Below the pieces are notes generated by a model, which did not search any database, was not told the origin of the DNA, and saw only the letters and a list, made by a program, of their open reading frames with translations. From Fonticula alba ATCC 38817 (lineage: Eukaryota; Protista; Nucleariida): a stretch of DNA of 64,000 nucleotides. A program made the position numbers and the translations under genes. This document shows, in pieces, positions 47,247 through 60,387 of this stretch. The stretch lies in assembly GCA_000388065.2 (NCBI GenBank), contig KB932201.1. One strand, given 5' to 3'. Positions within the stretch are counted from its first letter, which is position 1; each line of letters begins with the position of its first letter.

Positions 47247-50200
47247 CCCACTTGTCGAACAGCCGGCAACAAGGGGAACAATGAGACAGAGCCCCACATA
47301 GGTGATGGAAAAGGAGCCGGAGAGCGAATTCCGGGCCAGGCCACGTACCTCCGACTGCAAGGACGAAAAGTGCCGAGACAGACCGACAAGGATGCGGATG
47401 ATCAGGTGCACCTCCTCCAGGTCAAAGAGGGACACCGTGCGCCCGGAAGCAGAGGGGTTGCTCAGGAAGGAAGAATAGTCATGCAGGATCATCATAATCA
47501 GCTCACGGTGTGCGGCCACAAAGGCAGCCACCCGCCGAGCAACCAGCAAGTTCGACCGACAAGTGAGCAACATGCAGCAGACCAGCTCCAGCACCGGCTT
47601 AAAGGTGAAGTGGTAACGATCAGACTGGCTCAGGTCGCGGGACGCGTCTCCTGCCGGATGGGATCGGATGAGGGGAGAGGAGTGGAGACAGCGAAGGGCA
47701 AAGAACGAGAAGGGGGAGCGATTGGGAGGGTCAGCGACCGGATGAATTGGCGGTCGAGAAACAGACGAAAGCCAGGGGGGGGGGGGGCGGAGCGGGGCAA
47801 ACGTACGACCAGCGACGGACTCCTGCTCGGTCGGCCGGTTCTGGAAATACTGGCAGAAGGTCAAGACATCCAGGAGCCGGTGCTCGAAGAGGAAGAGCGC
47901 CCCACTCGGGATGGAGCAGAGCCGAATGAAGAGCGACAAGCGGACCTCCTGCAGGAGAATCATGTTGAGCAGGGAGTCTGGGTGGGTGTGGGTGTGTGCA
48001 GAGACCGAGCAAGGAAGGGACAGAGCATGTCAGAGCCCCTGGCCATTGACAGGGAGACAAAGACAGGGGGGAGGGGGGGGGGTGGCGAGGAGAGAGGAAG
48101 GCAGCAAAAGACGAGGGGAGAAGAACAGGCATGATTGCATTCGTACCGGACCCAGAGACGATGGCTTCACTGATGAGGGCATCATCCTCCTGCAGGCTGT
48201 GAATGAGCTGCGGCAAGCCAAAGTGCGGCAGGTACTGGGCAAATGTAGAGGACTTGGCGGCAGACGAGATGAGAACATTCAAAGCCGAAAGGGCCTGGAT
48301 ACGCTGGATCGGCGGGGCGCTCAGGCAGTCACGCGCCAGACAGTTGAACAGGGACATCCCTTCATGGCAGAAGAGCCCCAAATCGTCGATCGACACGAAG
48401 CGGATCAGGGCACTGAGCGCCGAGAAGAGGGTGCCACGGAAAGCCTGATACCAGACACAAACCGGCCGCCACGATGAGGAAACGGGGGCAGGGCAGCGGG
48501 GAGGGGGATGAGTTTCACGGTGCGCAGTGGGGCCCGCGGACGAGCCAACAAAGGGCAGAGAGAGGGAGAGGGAGGGGGGGGGGAGCAGAGGAAAGCCAGG
48601 TCGTACCACGGTCGACTCGACAGAGATGATGGCAGCAGTGATGGAGAGGATGATGTGGCTGAGGTGATCGGCAAACAGATAGTCAAGACTCTGTGTCGGG
48701 ATTGAGTGCGGAGGGAATGACGGGGTGAGTGAGGAGAAAAAGATGGAGGCAGGCGATGTGGTCGGCCTTAGACCAGAAGGCGAGAGAGGGGAAGGGCAGA
48801 GCGAGCGAGGAGAGGTGCGTGGTAAAAACCTACCGAGGCCGAAACGAGGTCCGAGCACATGGCGAGCACCAGGGACGCCATCGACTCGGAGAAGCCGGGA
48901 TTCAGCGAGAGGTTCNNNNNNNNNNNNNNNNNNNNNNNNNNNNNNNNNNNNNNNNNNNNNNNNNNNNNNNNNNNNNNNNNNNNNNNNNNNNNNNNNNNNN
49001 NNNNNNNNNNNNNNNNNNNNNNNNNNNNNNNNNNNNNNNNNNNNNNNNNNNNNNNNNNNNNNNNNNNNNNNNNNNNNNNNNNNNNNNNNNNNNNNNNNNN
49101 NNNNNNNNNNNNNNNNNNNNNNNNNNNNNNNNNNNNNNNNNNNNNNNNNNNNNNNNNNNNNNNNNNNNNNNNNNNNNNNNNNNNNNNNNNNNNNNNNNNN
49201 NNNNNNNNNNNNNNNNNNNNNNNNNNNNNNNNNNNNNNNNNNNNNNNNNNNNNNNNNNNNNNNNNNNNNNNNNNNNNNNNNNNNNNNNNNNNNNNNNNNN
49301 NNNNNNNNNNNNNNNNNNNNNNNNNNNNNNNNNNNNNNNNNNNNNGACCAATGGCGAAGAGGGAGAGGAGGACGTACGGGCCGAGGAATCCGAGTTGTCA
49401 ACTGGCGCGCTATCAAACAAGGCGTCAATAAGAGCCTCGTTGGCGTCACGCGGTCCATGCGTCGAGGTGATGTGCAGTTCGATGGAGCAGATGCGCAGGA
49501 GGACCGAAATGGTGTCCAGATAGACCCCGAGTCCCTGATTGCTGGAGACGATTTCTTGCGGTGGTGCTGACCACGCCGGCATCAAGCACATACAAAACAC
49601 ACAGGTGAGCATGTGCGACATGGCAAGGGGGAGGCCGGAAAGAGAGGCCAATGTGCACACCGGCGGGGGGGAGGGGGGAGGGGGGGGGGGCAACGCACCA
49701 AAAGGCATGCGCGAAAGGTGGCGCAGGACAAAACCATCCAGGGAGGACCGCAGGAAGCTGGACACGCGGAGGCGCGAGTCGCGATTTGACAGCAACTGCA
49801 GGAGCAGCGAATAGCACTTGAATGCCAGAAGGGGTTGCTGCGGTGGGAGTTAGCGGAGAAAGGCCGGGAAAGACAAGAACGTCGAGGCATCGTTCAGGGG
49901 AAGGTGGAACAGAGTGAGCCCAGGGAATGGGGAGAGCGCACCACACACACGAGGTTCCCACACGAGTTCAGGGCTTGATCCAGCAGGGCAACGATGGCGT
50001 GCAGGCAGGACGAGCGCTTCTGAAGGGACTGGGCATCTGAGAGAGGGAAAGAGCATGGGAAGGAAGCATCGAGAAGAAGGAAGGGTGAGAGGCGGGCTGG
50101 GAGGGGATGGAGGCGGGGGGAGGGAGAGAGAGAGAGAAGAAGAAGGAAAAGGAGACAGCCAGACAGAAGGCCAGGCAAAAGGCCAGACAGAAAGCCAGAC

Positions 50201-52290
50201 ACAAAGCCAGAGAGAGGACAAAAAGGCGCGAAGTTTGGCGCACCCTGGAAGACGGTGGCACTCATGGGATTGGCAATGTCGAACCCCAACAAGAAGTGAC
50301 CGATGCTTGGGAAGGGCGTCTGCCGGATGGACGTCGAGAGGAGCGAGAGAATCTCGATGCGCAGGGCCGAAGGGGTGCACCGACCCGGGCGATCATCATA
50401 GACAGGGGCGACTTCGGCCGACAGGCGAAGCTTGAAGGCGTCCATGATATCGGCCGCCAGCAAGGAAGTGGAGATGATGTTCACCAGGCGGTTACCGGAG
50501 CCGGACTTGTATCGCATACGCGGCGACAGGGCCAAACGGCTGAACACCTGGACCGCGGTCAGCGCACAGGGCAGGGACTTCTGGCACCCGACAAAGAGGG
50601 CCGTCTGGATGAGGCTTGTCGGGCCATCCAGCAGCAGGAGCATCTCCAGCCAGCTCGGGCGCCGGCCGAGGAAATCCGATCCAAGAAGCTGGCTGTCCCG
50701 GCTGAGGATCTCGTGGATGGCGTCCTGTCGCTGCAGGGTGCTGAGCAGGCAGCGCAGCGCCGAGTGTGCGATCCCGGCGTAGAAGTCCACCGGCGGCTTG
50801 GAATCCACCAGCTCCTTGCCGGACTTGATGACAGTGAGGATCTACGATGCCGAGAAGAAGAGCATGGCGATGGGGGGGGGGAGCATGTTAGAACACCAAA
50901 CCCCGGCAAAAGTACCATGGAAACCGGAGAAGAAAGACGCACTTCACCGAGAAGTGGCGACCCACAAAGGATCGACGCAAGGAGATACACAGCGGGGTGG
51001 TAGAGGCCGTTCCACCCGGCAGGAACGGGCGCCCGAGCACCGGATGCAGTGGAGCTGCCCTGAGGACTTCCCCCACTCCCGGCACCGCCCATGGACGAGC
51101 CATCCATGGCCGAGTCGTGCATGGAGTAGATGCTGGAAGTGCCGAGACCGGGGCCATGGCCGAACTGGGAGGTGGTAGCCATGCCGGCGCCGGTGAACCC
51201 GGCTGTCATCTGACCACCCGTCGAGGTGGATCCGGAGGCAGAGACCGGCAGGGAGTAGGGCTCCTGTGGGTTGAACTCCTCGAGGAGGAGGGCGACAAAG
51301 TTCAGGCCCAAAGAGAGGATCGTCCACTGGTCCCGGATGTTCCTACATGTGTTTGCGGAGGCCGATGGTGATATAAAAAGGGGGGAGTGAAAAGAGCAAG
51401 GAGTTAGCGGACAGGGGAGGGCCGGGGGATGACCGGGGGACAAGAAGGGAGGAGCAGGAAGCCGAGGACTTGGACAGCCCGAGAGAGGGAGAAAGGAAGG
51501 GGGAGGGGGAGGGGGAGGGGGAGGGGGAGAGAGAGAGGAAGAGAGAGTAACGCACCGGCACGGGAGATGCCGCGCCCGAATGAGGCAGGTGCCGACCACG
51601 AAGTCCAAATAGCGACGCAGATCCAGGCCATCCGGGGTACCAAACTTGAGCATGGTGCAGAGCATCCGCAAGAAGGCAATAGTCATGGGATAGGAGGCGT
51701 TCTTCACCTCAATGTTGTGGAACTCGAAGGCAATGCCACCTGGGGTAGGACAAACGGTGTGATGAGGGTCAGAGGACGCAGGAAGAAGGGGAGACGGAAA
51801 TGCGGAAACACTACGGATAGGGGGGGGGGGGGGACGAGCTGTCACACGAGTGTGCCCATCATCCATCAGAGGGGGAGGGGGGAGAAACAGAGAGAAAGAG
51901 AGGGGCAGGGGGGGGGAGGCAGGGAAGAAGAAGGAGAGTACGCACCCTCCGGGTTGATGATGTGCGACCCCTCCAGGTGTTGCCACACACGCAGAACCAC
52001 ATCCGGCGTCTGGCACAGGGCATCGAGCACGCCAAACAGAGAGGCCTTCAGCTGGGTCGGCACGGGGGAGACCACCAGCACGCAAAGCGAATCGAAGGTC
52101 GCCCAGTTGGGATTCCCGAGGATCAGCTGCCGAGCCTCGGCGTCTTCCAGCACCAGACGCCGGGTGGCATCCAGGCAGTCGATCAGGATGCGAGCTTCAT
52201 TCGGGAGGATCTTGCGCTCCTCGCCCATGTGTAGCCCGAAGGCGGAGGCATACTTGCCAAGCGAGGTGAAGAAGAGGGACCAGGAGGTCC
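45847..52290 (-). CDS. NUP205: Nucleoporin NUP205/Nup192, multi-exon, interrupted by gap 48916-49345; 5' end unresolved
   Basis: SWSLFFTSL..EARILIDCLD..EARQLILGNPNW..SPVPTQLKASLFGVLDAL..PDVVLRVWQHLE..GIAFEFHNIEVKNASYPMTIAFLRML..DQWTILSLGL match my recollection of NUP205 (VSWEHFFHSL, NARLALCEHPQW, SIPPVLKAELL, PEIAASLWQSLE, GIEVELNEIESRCEEYPLTRAF). Later exons encode helical repeats. The last exon is 47134-45847. Confidence 0.82.
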
Positions 52291-53696
52291 TGTTTGTCGG
52301 GCAAAGGAAGCAAAAGCAAGGGGGGCATGGGGACGGCCGGTGGAGCACAGACGGTGAGGGGATTTGGACACAATGTGGCAGGGGCCAACGGCCTCGGAAG
52401 GGAGACGTACCCAGGGATAGGCTGGTCATACTCGAAGTCCACAGAGACCATTGGCTCGGGCGGTCCCTGGCGCGAGGGGAGGAGGCAGGAGTGGCACCCC
52501 AGGAGACCAGCAAAGGCAGCAAGCGGACAGGCGGGATGAGTGGGGAGAAAGGGGGGAAGATGGATACAGGGGGCAAGATTTGGGGCAGCTGGTGACCAGG
52601 TGGTAGGAAAGGGGGAAGGGGGAGGAGGGGGAGAATTCTGGCCCAGCGCGCCCGGAGCGCCGACAGCCGAATGGCCTGCCTTTGTGAGGGCGGCTTGCCA
52701 CCGATCCCGGCTCGGGGACTCGGCCCGGCGGCAGCACACTCTAGTGCCTACCGGCGCCCTGGGACTGGGGGGGGGGGGGGGGCTGGGGGGAGGCTCCAAA
52801 GTCGAGAGAAAGAGAGGGGGAGCGAGGGAATTGCGAGACACTTCAGCGCCCACAAGACGTTGGGTCTGGTACGCGTGTGCGGGGGCCGGACCGCCGTACA
52901 GGCGGGAACAACAGAGAGTTCGGGGGGGCGGGGGGACACCGCGAGCGCCGGAAGAAACTGCCGCGTGACAAAATCGGGTGCTCCATCTGCGAACTGCCAA
53001 CCTTCTTCCGTGCTCGGGCAAGGCACATGCCGTTGTATAGGTCCATCGGGCAGGGATTGAGGGGTCTCTTGGGTGTGGTTGATCGTTATGGTTTATTCTT
53101 CGACGTGGAGGCAGGTCCGACACACTAATGGCAGGGAGCAACGGAGGCAGTTGTCATCAGGCTCTTCTCCACTCCCTCGAAAAGAGGGGAGGAGGCTGGA
53201 AACACCACACTTGTCTCCGTAACTACTGGGGGGAGGGAGAAAGATGGCGAGGCCAGCGAACCGATGGAAACTGTGGGAACAAGTACAAAGGGATGAGAGA
53301 GATAGAGAGAGGGAAGAAGAGAGAGAGAGAGAGAGAGAGAGAGGGAAGAAGAGAGACCCATAGCTTGGAGTCCATGGCCCGGAGTCGAAGGACCGGTGGA
53401 GGCAGAGATGGAACGATGGCGGGGGCTCTATTACACGACGGCGGGAGATACTTCATGGAGCAGACGTATGAAGAGGGGCACAACAGCGAGGAGTAGAGGT
53501 GGGAAAGAGACATAGAAGGCACAAGGACAGGATGATACTTGACAAAAATGGGTGTTCTTGTAGGGGGGGGGGGGGGTAGAGGCAAGAGGGGGAGAGAAAG
53601 GGAGATAGATCGATGAGGAAATATCCTCGCTCATGCGGAGCATGGCAGTGGGTGGTGAGGAGGGGAAGACCAGCCGATGAGGCAGGACGAGAGAGA

Positions 53697-55998
53697 CTAG
53701 GAGAGATGTTCGGCGCGAGGGGCCACAAGACCACTGGCCGAGGGCTCCGCGAGGCTGCCCCCACCCGAGGAGACAGTGGCCACTGTGGCGCCACTGCTGG
53801 CGACGTCTTCGCCTAGCCCGTCGCCACACATGTCCGAGTCGCTCAAGGCTGGGGCACTTGGCGGCACGAGGGAGGCAAGCAGGGGTGCCCGGAGGATGGA
53901 CGCCGCCGCAGGCATGCTGGCCCCTGCGCCGAAGACCAGATGGCGCGGAGGAGTGGGTGGCGCATGCGCATGCACATGGCCTACATCCCCCATGTGGCTG
54001 GACTTATCCCCAGCATCATTTTCATCCTCATCATCATCATCATCGCTATCGAAGGCCTCCAGGGGCTTCGAGGGCTCCCGGTAAAGGCGCTCAATTGACG
54101 GGGAGTCCGGTGCAATTGCGGCATCCTCGGAGATGGCGGGCAATGGCGGCCCGGAAAGCCCGACTGTCAGGCCACCGGGGCCAGGAGATGAAAGCCGCGA
54201 CCCGGCAGCCGAGGAAGGCGTCGAGCAGGATCCACTACGCTGGAGGGGGGCGAAGGCCAGTGTCGAAGGTGGCATATTGCTGATCGATGCCGCGCCAGAA
54301 GATGATGGATTCCAGGATTCCTCGTTGGCTGGGGATAAACGCTCGCATATCGACGAAGACCGGAGATAGGGCGAGTGGTTGAACTGCAGGAGGCACACAA
54401 AAGGGGGCAACGGCACCAGCACATGTGTGAATATACATGATCGCAAGAGGGAGAGCAAAGGCAGGAGCGAAGGAGCAGGCCAGGGCAGATAGAGAGAGAG
54501 GGAGAGAGGAAGAGAGAGGAAGAGAGAGGAAGAGAGAGGAAGAGAGAGNNNNNNNNNNNNNNNNNNNNNNNNNNNNNNNNNNNNNNNNNNNNNNNNNNNN
54601 NNNNNNNNNNNNNNNNNNNNNNNNNNNNNNNNNNNNNNNNNNNNNNNNNNNNNNNNNNNNNNNNNNNNNNNNNNNNNNNNNNNNNNNNNNNNNNNNNNNN
54701 NNNNNNNNNNNNNNNNNNNNNNNNNNNNNNNNNNNNNNNNNNNNNNNNNNNNNNNNNNNNNNNNNNNNNNNNNNNNNNNNNNNNNNNNNNNNNNNNNNNN
54801 NNNNNNNNNNNNNNNNNNNNNNNNNNNNNNNNNNNNNNNNNNNNNNNNNNNNNNNNNNNNNNNNNNNNNNNNNNNNNNNNNNNNNNNNNNNNNNNNNNNN
54901 NNNNNNNNNNNNNNNNNNNNNNNNNNNNNNNNNNNNNNNNNNNNNNNNNNNNNNNNNNNNNNNNNNNNNNNNNNNNNNNNNNNNNNNNNNNNNNNNNNNN
55001 NNNNNNNNNNNNNNNNNNNNNNNNNNNNNNNNNNNNNNNNNNNNNNNNNNNNNNNNNNNNNNNNNNNNNNNNNNNNNNNNNNNNNNNNNNNNNNNNNNNN
55101 NNNNNNNNNNNNNNNNNNNNNNNNNNNNNNNNNNNNNNNNNNNNNNNNNNNNNNNNNNNNNNNNNNNNNNNNNNNNNNNNNNNNNNNNNNNNNNNNNNNN
55201 NNNNNNNNNNNNNNNNNNNNNNNNNNNNNNNNNATGATGGCCGCCGGCGAAATGGCCGCCGTGGTGGGCACACGCTCGAACAGGGGGGAAGTGTAGTCTG
55301 GCGACTTGCGAGCAGGGGGACGGTCCCCATTCGAGCCACCACCAGGGCCGCTGCTAGAACTGCCAGCCGCCAGTGGGAACTCGAACTCGGCTTCCTTTTG
55401 CAACTGGGCAATACGGTTGACTGAGGGCTGGGTGGGTGCATGCATGCATGTGTGCGTGTGTGTGTTCGTGTGTGTGCGTGTTCGTGTGTGTTCGTGTGTG
55501 TTCGTGTGTGTTCGTGTGTGTTCGTGTGTGTTCGTGTTCGTGTGTGTGTTTCACAGGCAAAACAGCGCAGTGTGAGTGAATCCGCTCGGAAGGCAAGGCA
55601 GGTGCAGAGGGAAGGAGGCAGGGAGGAGATGGGCGACAAAGGTGATGTGCGTACGGCGTTCGTCTCATTCAGACTCATGCGCCGAACCAGGCGGCCACCC
55701 AGAGCCGAGGCAATCTCATCATTGTCGCCATTGGCGATGGCAGCCATGAGAGCGGCGCTGGAAATGACTGCGTCCAGAGCACGATGTGATGTTCGCCGAC
55801 CGGGAGAGGGACCAGGGGCAGAGAGACTCCGGCCGAAGGGCAGCCCCCCGGACTTGGAGGCGGGCGAGGACAAGGACAGGGACAAGGACAGGGAAGAGGA
55901 GGAGGAAGAAGAAGACATGGAAGAGGAGGCAGAAGGTGTGGCCGGAACCGGTGTCACTGGGATTGGCTGATGGTGCGGCCACCGGGGGCCGGCCGTGC

Positions 55999-56031
<33 letters not shown>

Positions 56032-59000
56032 AAACAGCGGCCTTGGCCTTGCCAGCGCGGGCCAGGAGAGAAGGGCCGCCATGGGACCGGAGGCTGGGGC
56101 CGCTGGAGTCAACCATGTCCGATGCCATGAAGGACCCCGGTTGTGAAGCAGGGAGACCGCTGGCAGCAGGGGCCGAACGGGTCGATTCGAAGAGTGTCCG
56201 GCTGAGACTGGGAGCTGAAGCCCCTGCAGGGACCGGGGGCCGATCGCCATCCATGGTAATGGCAGTCCCCTCATCGGCCATCTCCACACAGGAGCTGCTT
56301 GAGGATGAAGCGCAACCAGCATCATCCTCCATGGAACTGTCACCGACATTGCCACTCTCGCCGATGATGGTTGCTTGAAGATCCTGCATGGGGGCCTCGG
56401 ACTCCGGGGCCACCGAATCACCAGCCCCACCCAGGGAATCCGCCGGCAGGGGGAATCCCCAAGGGGCCGCCAGGTGGAGTGGGGCCGGAGGAGGCGCCGG
56501 TGTTGGTGGCAGGGGCGGAGGGGGCGGCGGAGGTCGCGGTGGGAGGACCGCCCCCGCACCGGCGGCAGGCCCCACGATGTCCGCTGAGAGACCCCCAGCA
56601 TGGGGACTCACTCCGCGCGAGGGTGCAGATCCTGGCGCTGTCTGAAAGACGGAACGCAGTGAGCTCTCCAACGGGTGGGAGGGCCCTCCGGAATCAGGGG
56701 CACCAGTGCCAGCCAGCAATGGCGACGAGGGAATCGAGGGCGAGGAACCAACAAACGGACCAACTAACGATGTGACAGGAAGGAATCGAAAGGGCGAGAG
56801 AGGGGGAGAGAGAGAGAGAGAGAGAGAAAGAGAAGGAGGGAGGAAGGGACAGGGAAAAGGAGAGGGATCAGTCTGATGTCGGGTGCGGGTGGCAAATAGC
56901 GGCAGAAGGAGGGGATTGAAGAATGGAAGGAAGGCCAATCGATGGCAAACACGCACTAGTCCGTGAGGGGGTCAATGGGGTGACTAAATCAGCCTGGAGC
57001 GGTGGCTGCGGGCTGTGCGGGGTCATTTCCCGGAGGGAGGGTGACTGTGAGCGGGAGCGGGAGCCGGAGGTGTTTGACGTCGCGCCGGGCATCGGCCCCG
57101 TCGATGCGAGAAGCTGATCGCGCTCGATGCGCCGATCAGCCGATCGGTATTGCCGACGAACACGCCAGGACGCGGGATCCAAGTCGCCGCGCGTTGAACA
57201 AGCCGAGGGGGATCGCGAGCGGCGGAGACGCCGCCGGCGTTCGGAGCGCCCGCTGCCGGAGCTCGAGCGGCCGGCTGACCATTGGACCATTGACACCAAG
57301 TACCCCATCGGAAGGGGCTGGCGGCAAGCAGAACAACATATCCCCCCAGAAGGGGCTCCGGCGCTGACGCCACTGCCGCCCCCGGAGCTGAGACATGATG
57401 AAGGAGCCGGCTCCGGAAGAGGTGCAGACGCGGATGCAGGCACGGACGCCGAATCGCCAGGACTCCCGCCGAGGTTGGTGGCCGGGGGATCCTCGCGGCA
57501 GGCTTGACAGAGGATGTCCCGCCAGCGGTGCAACCGCGGGGGGAGGGTCAGCATCGGGATCGAACTCGCATGATCGCCTCCACTGCTGATGCCACCGCCT
57601 CCAGGAGACGGCGAAGGGGGAAGGGACCCGAAGGAGGACGAGCCGGAGGTCGATAACAGGGGAGCCGGCACCAGGGCAAGGGCCGGCCCCGGTGGAGGCG
57701 GGGACGCGCACACCGAGGAGGAGGAGGATGAAGAGGAGGGGGTCCGTGTTCCGGATGCCGAGCTCGGCCAGTCGAGGTCACTCTGCAAGAAAGAGAGCCC
57801 CTGGGAAGATGACGGGGGCTGATGGCCATGACCATGGCCGAGGAAGTGTCCATAAGCATGGGCAGCGGCCTGACCCCGAGGCCAGGGCCCGGGAGATGGG
57901 GATGCCGAGGAGTGTCGCCGGCGCGAATGGCTCGCAAGGCGGGGCCCATCGAAGGATCCGCCCGGTGCAGCAGGGAAGTCCCCATCCTCCTGTGGTCCCT
58001 CGAGGTCGGAATCACCGTCACTGTTGGATGTGTCGCTTGGCGAGGACGAGTCACAGGATGTTCCCCCGTCGGAATCCGAAGACCCACAGCTGAGGGAAAA
58101 GTCCGAGGACGAGGCGCCGGTGATGGGGCAAAACCCGGGCGAGGATGGGCAGCCCAAGGCCATGGCGGCAGGCAGGGTCGCCAGAGAGGAGGAAATTGGC
58201 GACCCAAGGAGGTCGGCCCCGGGAGAGGCGGTGCCCGACTGTTGCCCGGAGGGTGCGCCAGGGGCAGTGGAATGCTGCCGATGCGCGGCTGCCGCCGCCA
58301 CATGGGCCAAAGAGCGCCCGGCCGATCGGCCGTACGACGACCGGGGACTCGAACTCCCACGGGAGCCGAGTGTGGGAAGGGAGTTGCGCCGGCGGAGGCC
58401 AAGCCTTGTGGACAAGAGAGAAGTCGAGGTGGCCGGTGCCGGTGGCTGTGGCGGCACGATTTGAGGTGGCGGGCCACGCTCGAAGGACCAGAAGCGTGGC
58501 AGACCGCGTGGCTGCTGGGGCTGGTGCGGCTGGTGCGGCTGGTGCGGCTGTGACGGCGAGGGGGATGGTGAGGGTGATGGGGAATGCTGACCCTGAGAGC
58601 CAGCAGAGAAGCTGGTGGGCGAAGCCGAGGGGGATGACTCGAAGGTGAGGGAGATGCTGGTTCCAGCGGCTCCAGCGGCTCCAGCGGCTCCAGCGGCTCC
58701 AGCGGCTCCAGCGGCTCCGGTGAGTCCCGCAGACCCAGCGGCTGTGACGACCCCGGTGGCTCCGGTGATGCCAGCGGCCGGGGAGGAGTGTGCACTAGCA
58801 CCGGGGCTTCGAGTGGACACCGGACTGGCAGGAAGGGTCGGGATCAGGCAACTGGTGGCCGATTGGACGAGGGCCGGGACGTCGGCAGTCGCAATCATGC
58901 TGTCTTCCTCCATGGTGGGCGGCCCGGGCACCGGCAAAGCCGCAGGCGGGGGAGGGGATGTCAAAGACCCGGGGGGATCACACATCCCGCCAGATTGCAA

Positions 59001-59054
59001 ACTGCCCGACAGGAGTGCCGGTGACAGGGGGGGAGAAGAGGAGGAGGCATTGGC

Positions 59055-59093
<39 letters not shown>

Positions 59094-59597
59094 CTCGCCC
59101 GTGGCCGGGCAGAAGCTCAAACCCGAAGAGGGGCCAGGCTCCGGGGCGACCGGCAGCAGAGACCCGGTGTGCGGCGGAGACAAGTGTGCTGACCCGTGTC
59201 CTGGCGGCGAGTCGGCCGTGAGAGTGGCAAAGGCCGCCAAAATCGCCTGGTCGCGAGGCGCCGGCCGCCCGGAAATGTCGCTGGCACCGCTGCCACCAGG
59301 TGGCCAGGGGCGCTGACGGGCAAAGAGGGTGGCCTTGCGCGCATGCATCGCGGCGCGAGGCCGGAGATCCGGGTCAAAGTGCTTGCCGCGGGCTGGCGCG
59401 CCGAGGCGCGGCGAAGGGGGAGTGGCATGGTTCGGGTGGGCCGGCGGCGGGGCCGGCTTGTCGGGCGACCCGGAATCGAGACGGGCCGGCGGTTGTTCAG
59501 CCTGTGTCATGGGGGGGGATTCATTCGGGCCGGCAGAGGGGGCAGGCGGGGCAGATGGAGATGCAGGCGGAGGCACGGCCTGCTGACGGGCGTGCAT
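53697..59597 (-). CDS. Large hypothetical S/P/A/G-rich, probably disordered protein; at least four exons, one interrupted by gap 54549-55233; 5' end uncertain
   Basis: Long open frames at approx. 59597-56958, 56775-55650, 55430-gap and 54390-53697, separated by GT-AG introns with CT/CA tracts. Stop TAG at 53697-53699. The ATG at 59597 is directly preceded by an AG, so further upstream exons are possible. No family recognised. Confidence 0.6.
55447..55548. repeat. Imperfect (GTGTGTTC/GTTCGTGTGT)n tandem repeat, intronic
   Basis: Repeated GTTCGTGTGT units inside an intron of the minus-strand low-complexity gene. Confidence 0.8.
58661..58717 (-). repeat. Coding 9-bp tandem repeat (CCAGCGGCT)n encoding (Gly-Ala-Ala)n
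   Basis: Six to seven near-perfect copies, translated GAAGAAGAAGAAGAAG in the minus-strand ORF. A second 9-bp array at ~58516-58550 encodes (Gln-Pro-His)n. Confidence 0.85.
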
Positions 59598-60352
59598 CTG
59601 CTAGGCAAGCAGGCGGAGCGGGGGTGTATGATTGACACGGGGGGAGACGGCTGTGGGCAGAGGGGAGGCGGGGGGCGGGGGGGGGAGGAAGGAGGGGAGA
59701 TGGATCGCGGCCAGTCAAAACCGGCCGCGATGGAAGGAGAGACGAAATCAAGGAAGAGTCGCCGGGGGAGGCAATCGCGGCGTGTCTAGCGGCGGCGGGA
59801 GCGGGGCAGGGATTGGGAACAATGCATTCGCAAACTTAACACGCATATGGCCGCACTTCAGGGAGGCGGGCGGCCGGAGGGGGGACGGGCACAGCGAGAG
59901 GAAGGCCGGCAATCAGGATGCCAGACACGGAGATGGGGGAAGGGGAGGCAGAGGGCATGGCGATGGTGAGACGGGGAAAGGAGCCTCGGAGGAAGCGGCG
60001 AAAGGGGCGTTGGTCGCACCTGCTGACGGGGAGGAGGGCGGGGGAGGAGGGGGGGGGGGGGGGGGGGGGGGGGGAGGGAGGCACCTGATTAGCATGCAGC
60101 CCGTCGCCACAGGGGGGNNNNNNNNNNNNNNNNNNNNNNNNNNNNNNNNNNNNNNNNNNNNNNNNNNNNNNNNNNNNNNNNNNNNNNNNNNNNNNNNNNN
60201 NNNNNNNNNNNNNNNNNNNNNNNNNNNNNNNNNNNNNNNNNNNNNNNNNNNNNNNNNNNNNNNNNNNNNNNNNNNNNNNNNNNNNNNNNNNNNNNNNNNN
60301 NNNNNNNNNNNNNNNNNNNNNNNNNNNNNNNNNNNNNNNNNNNNNNNNNNNN

Positions 60353-60387
<35 letters not shown>

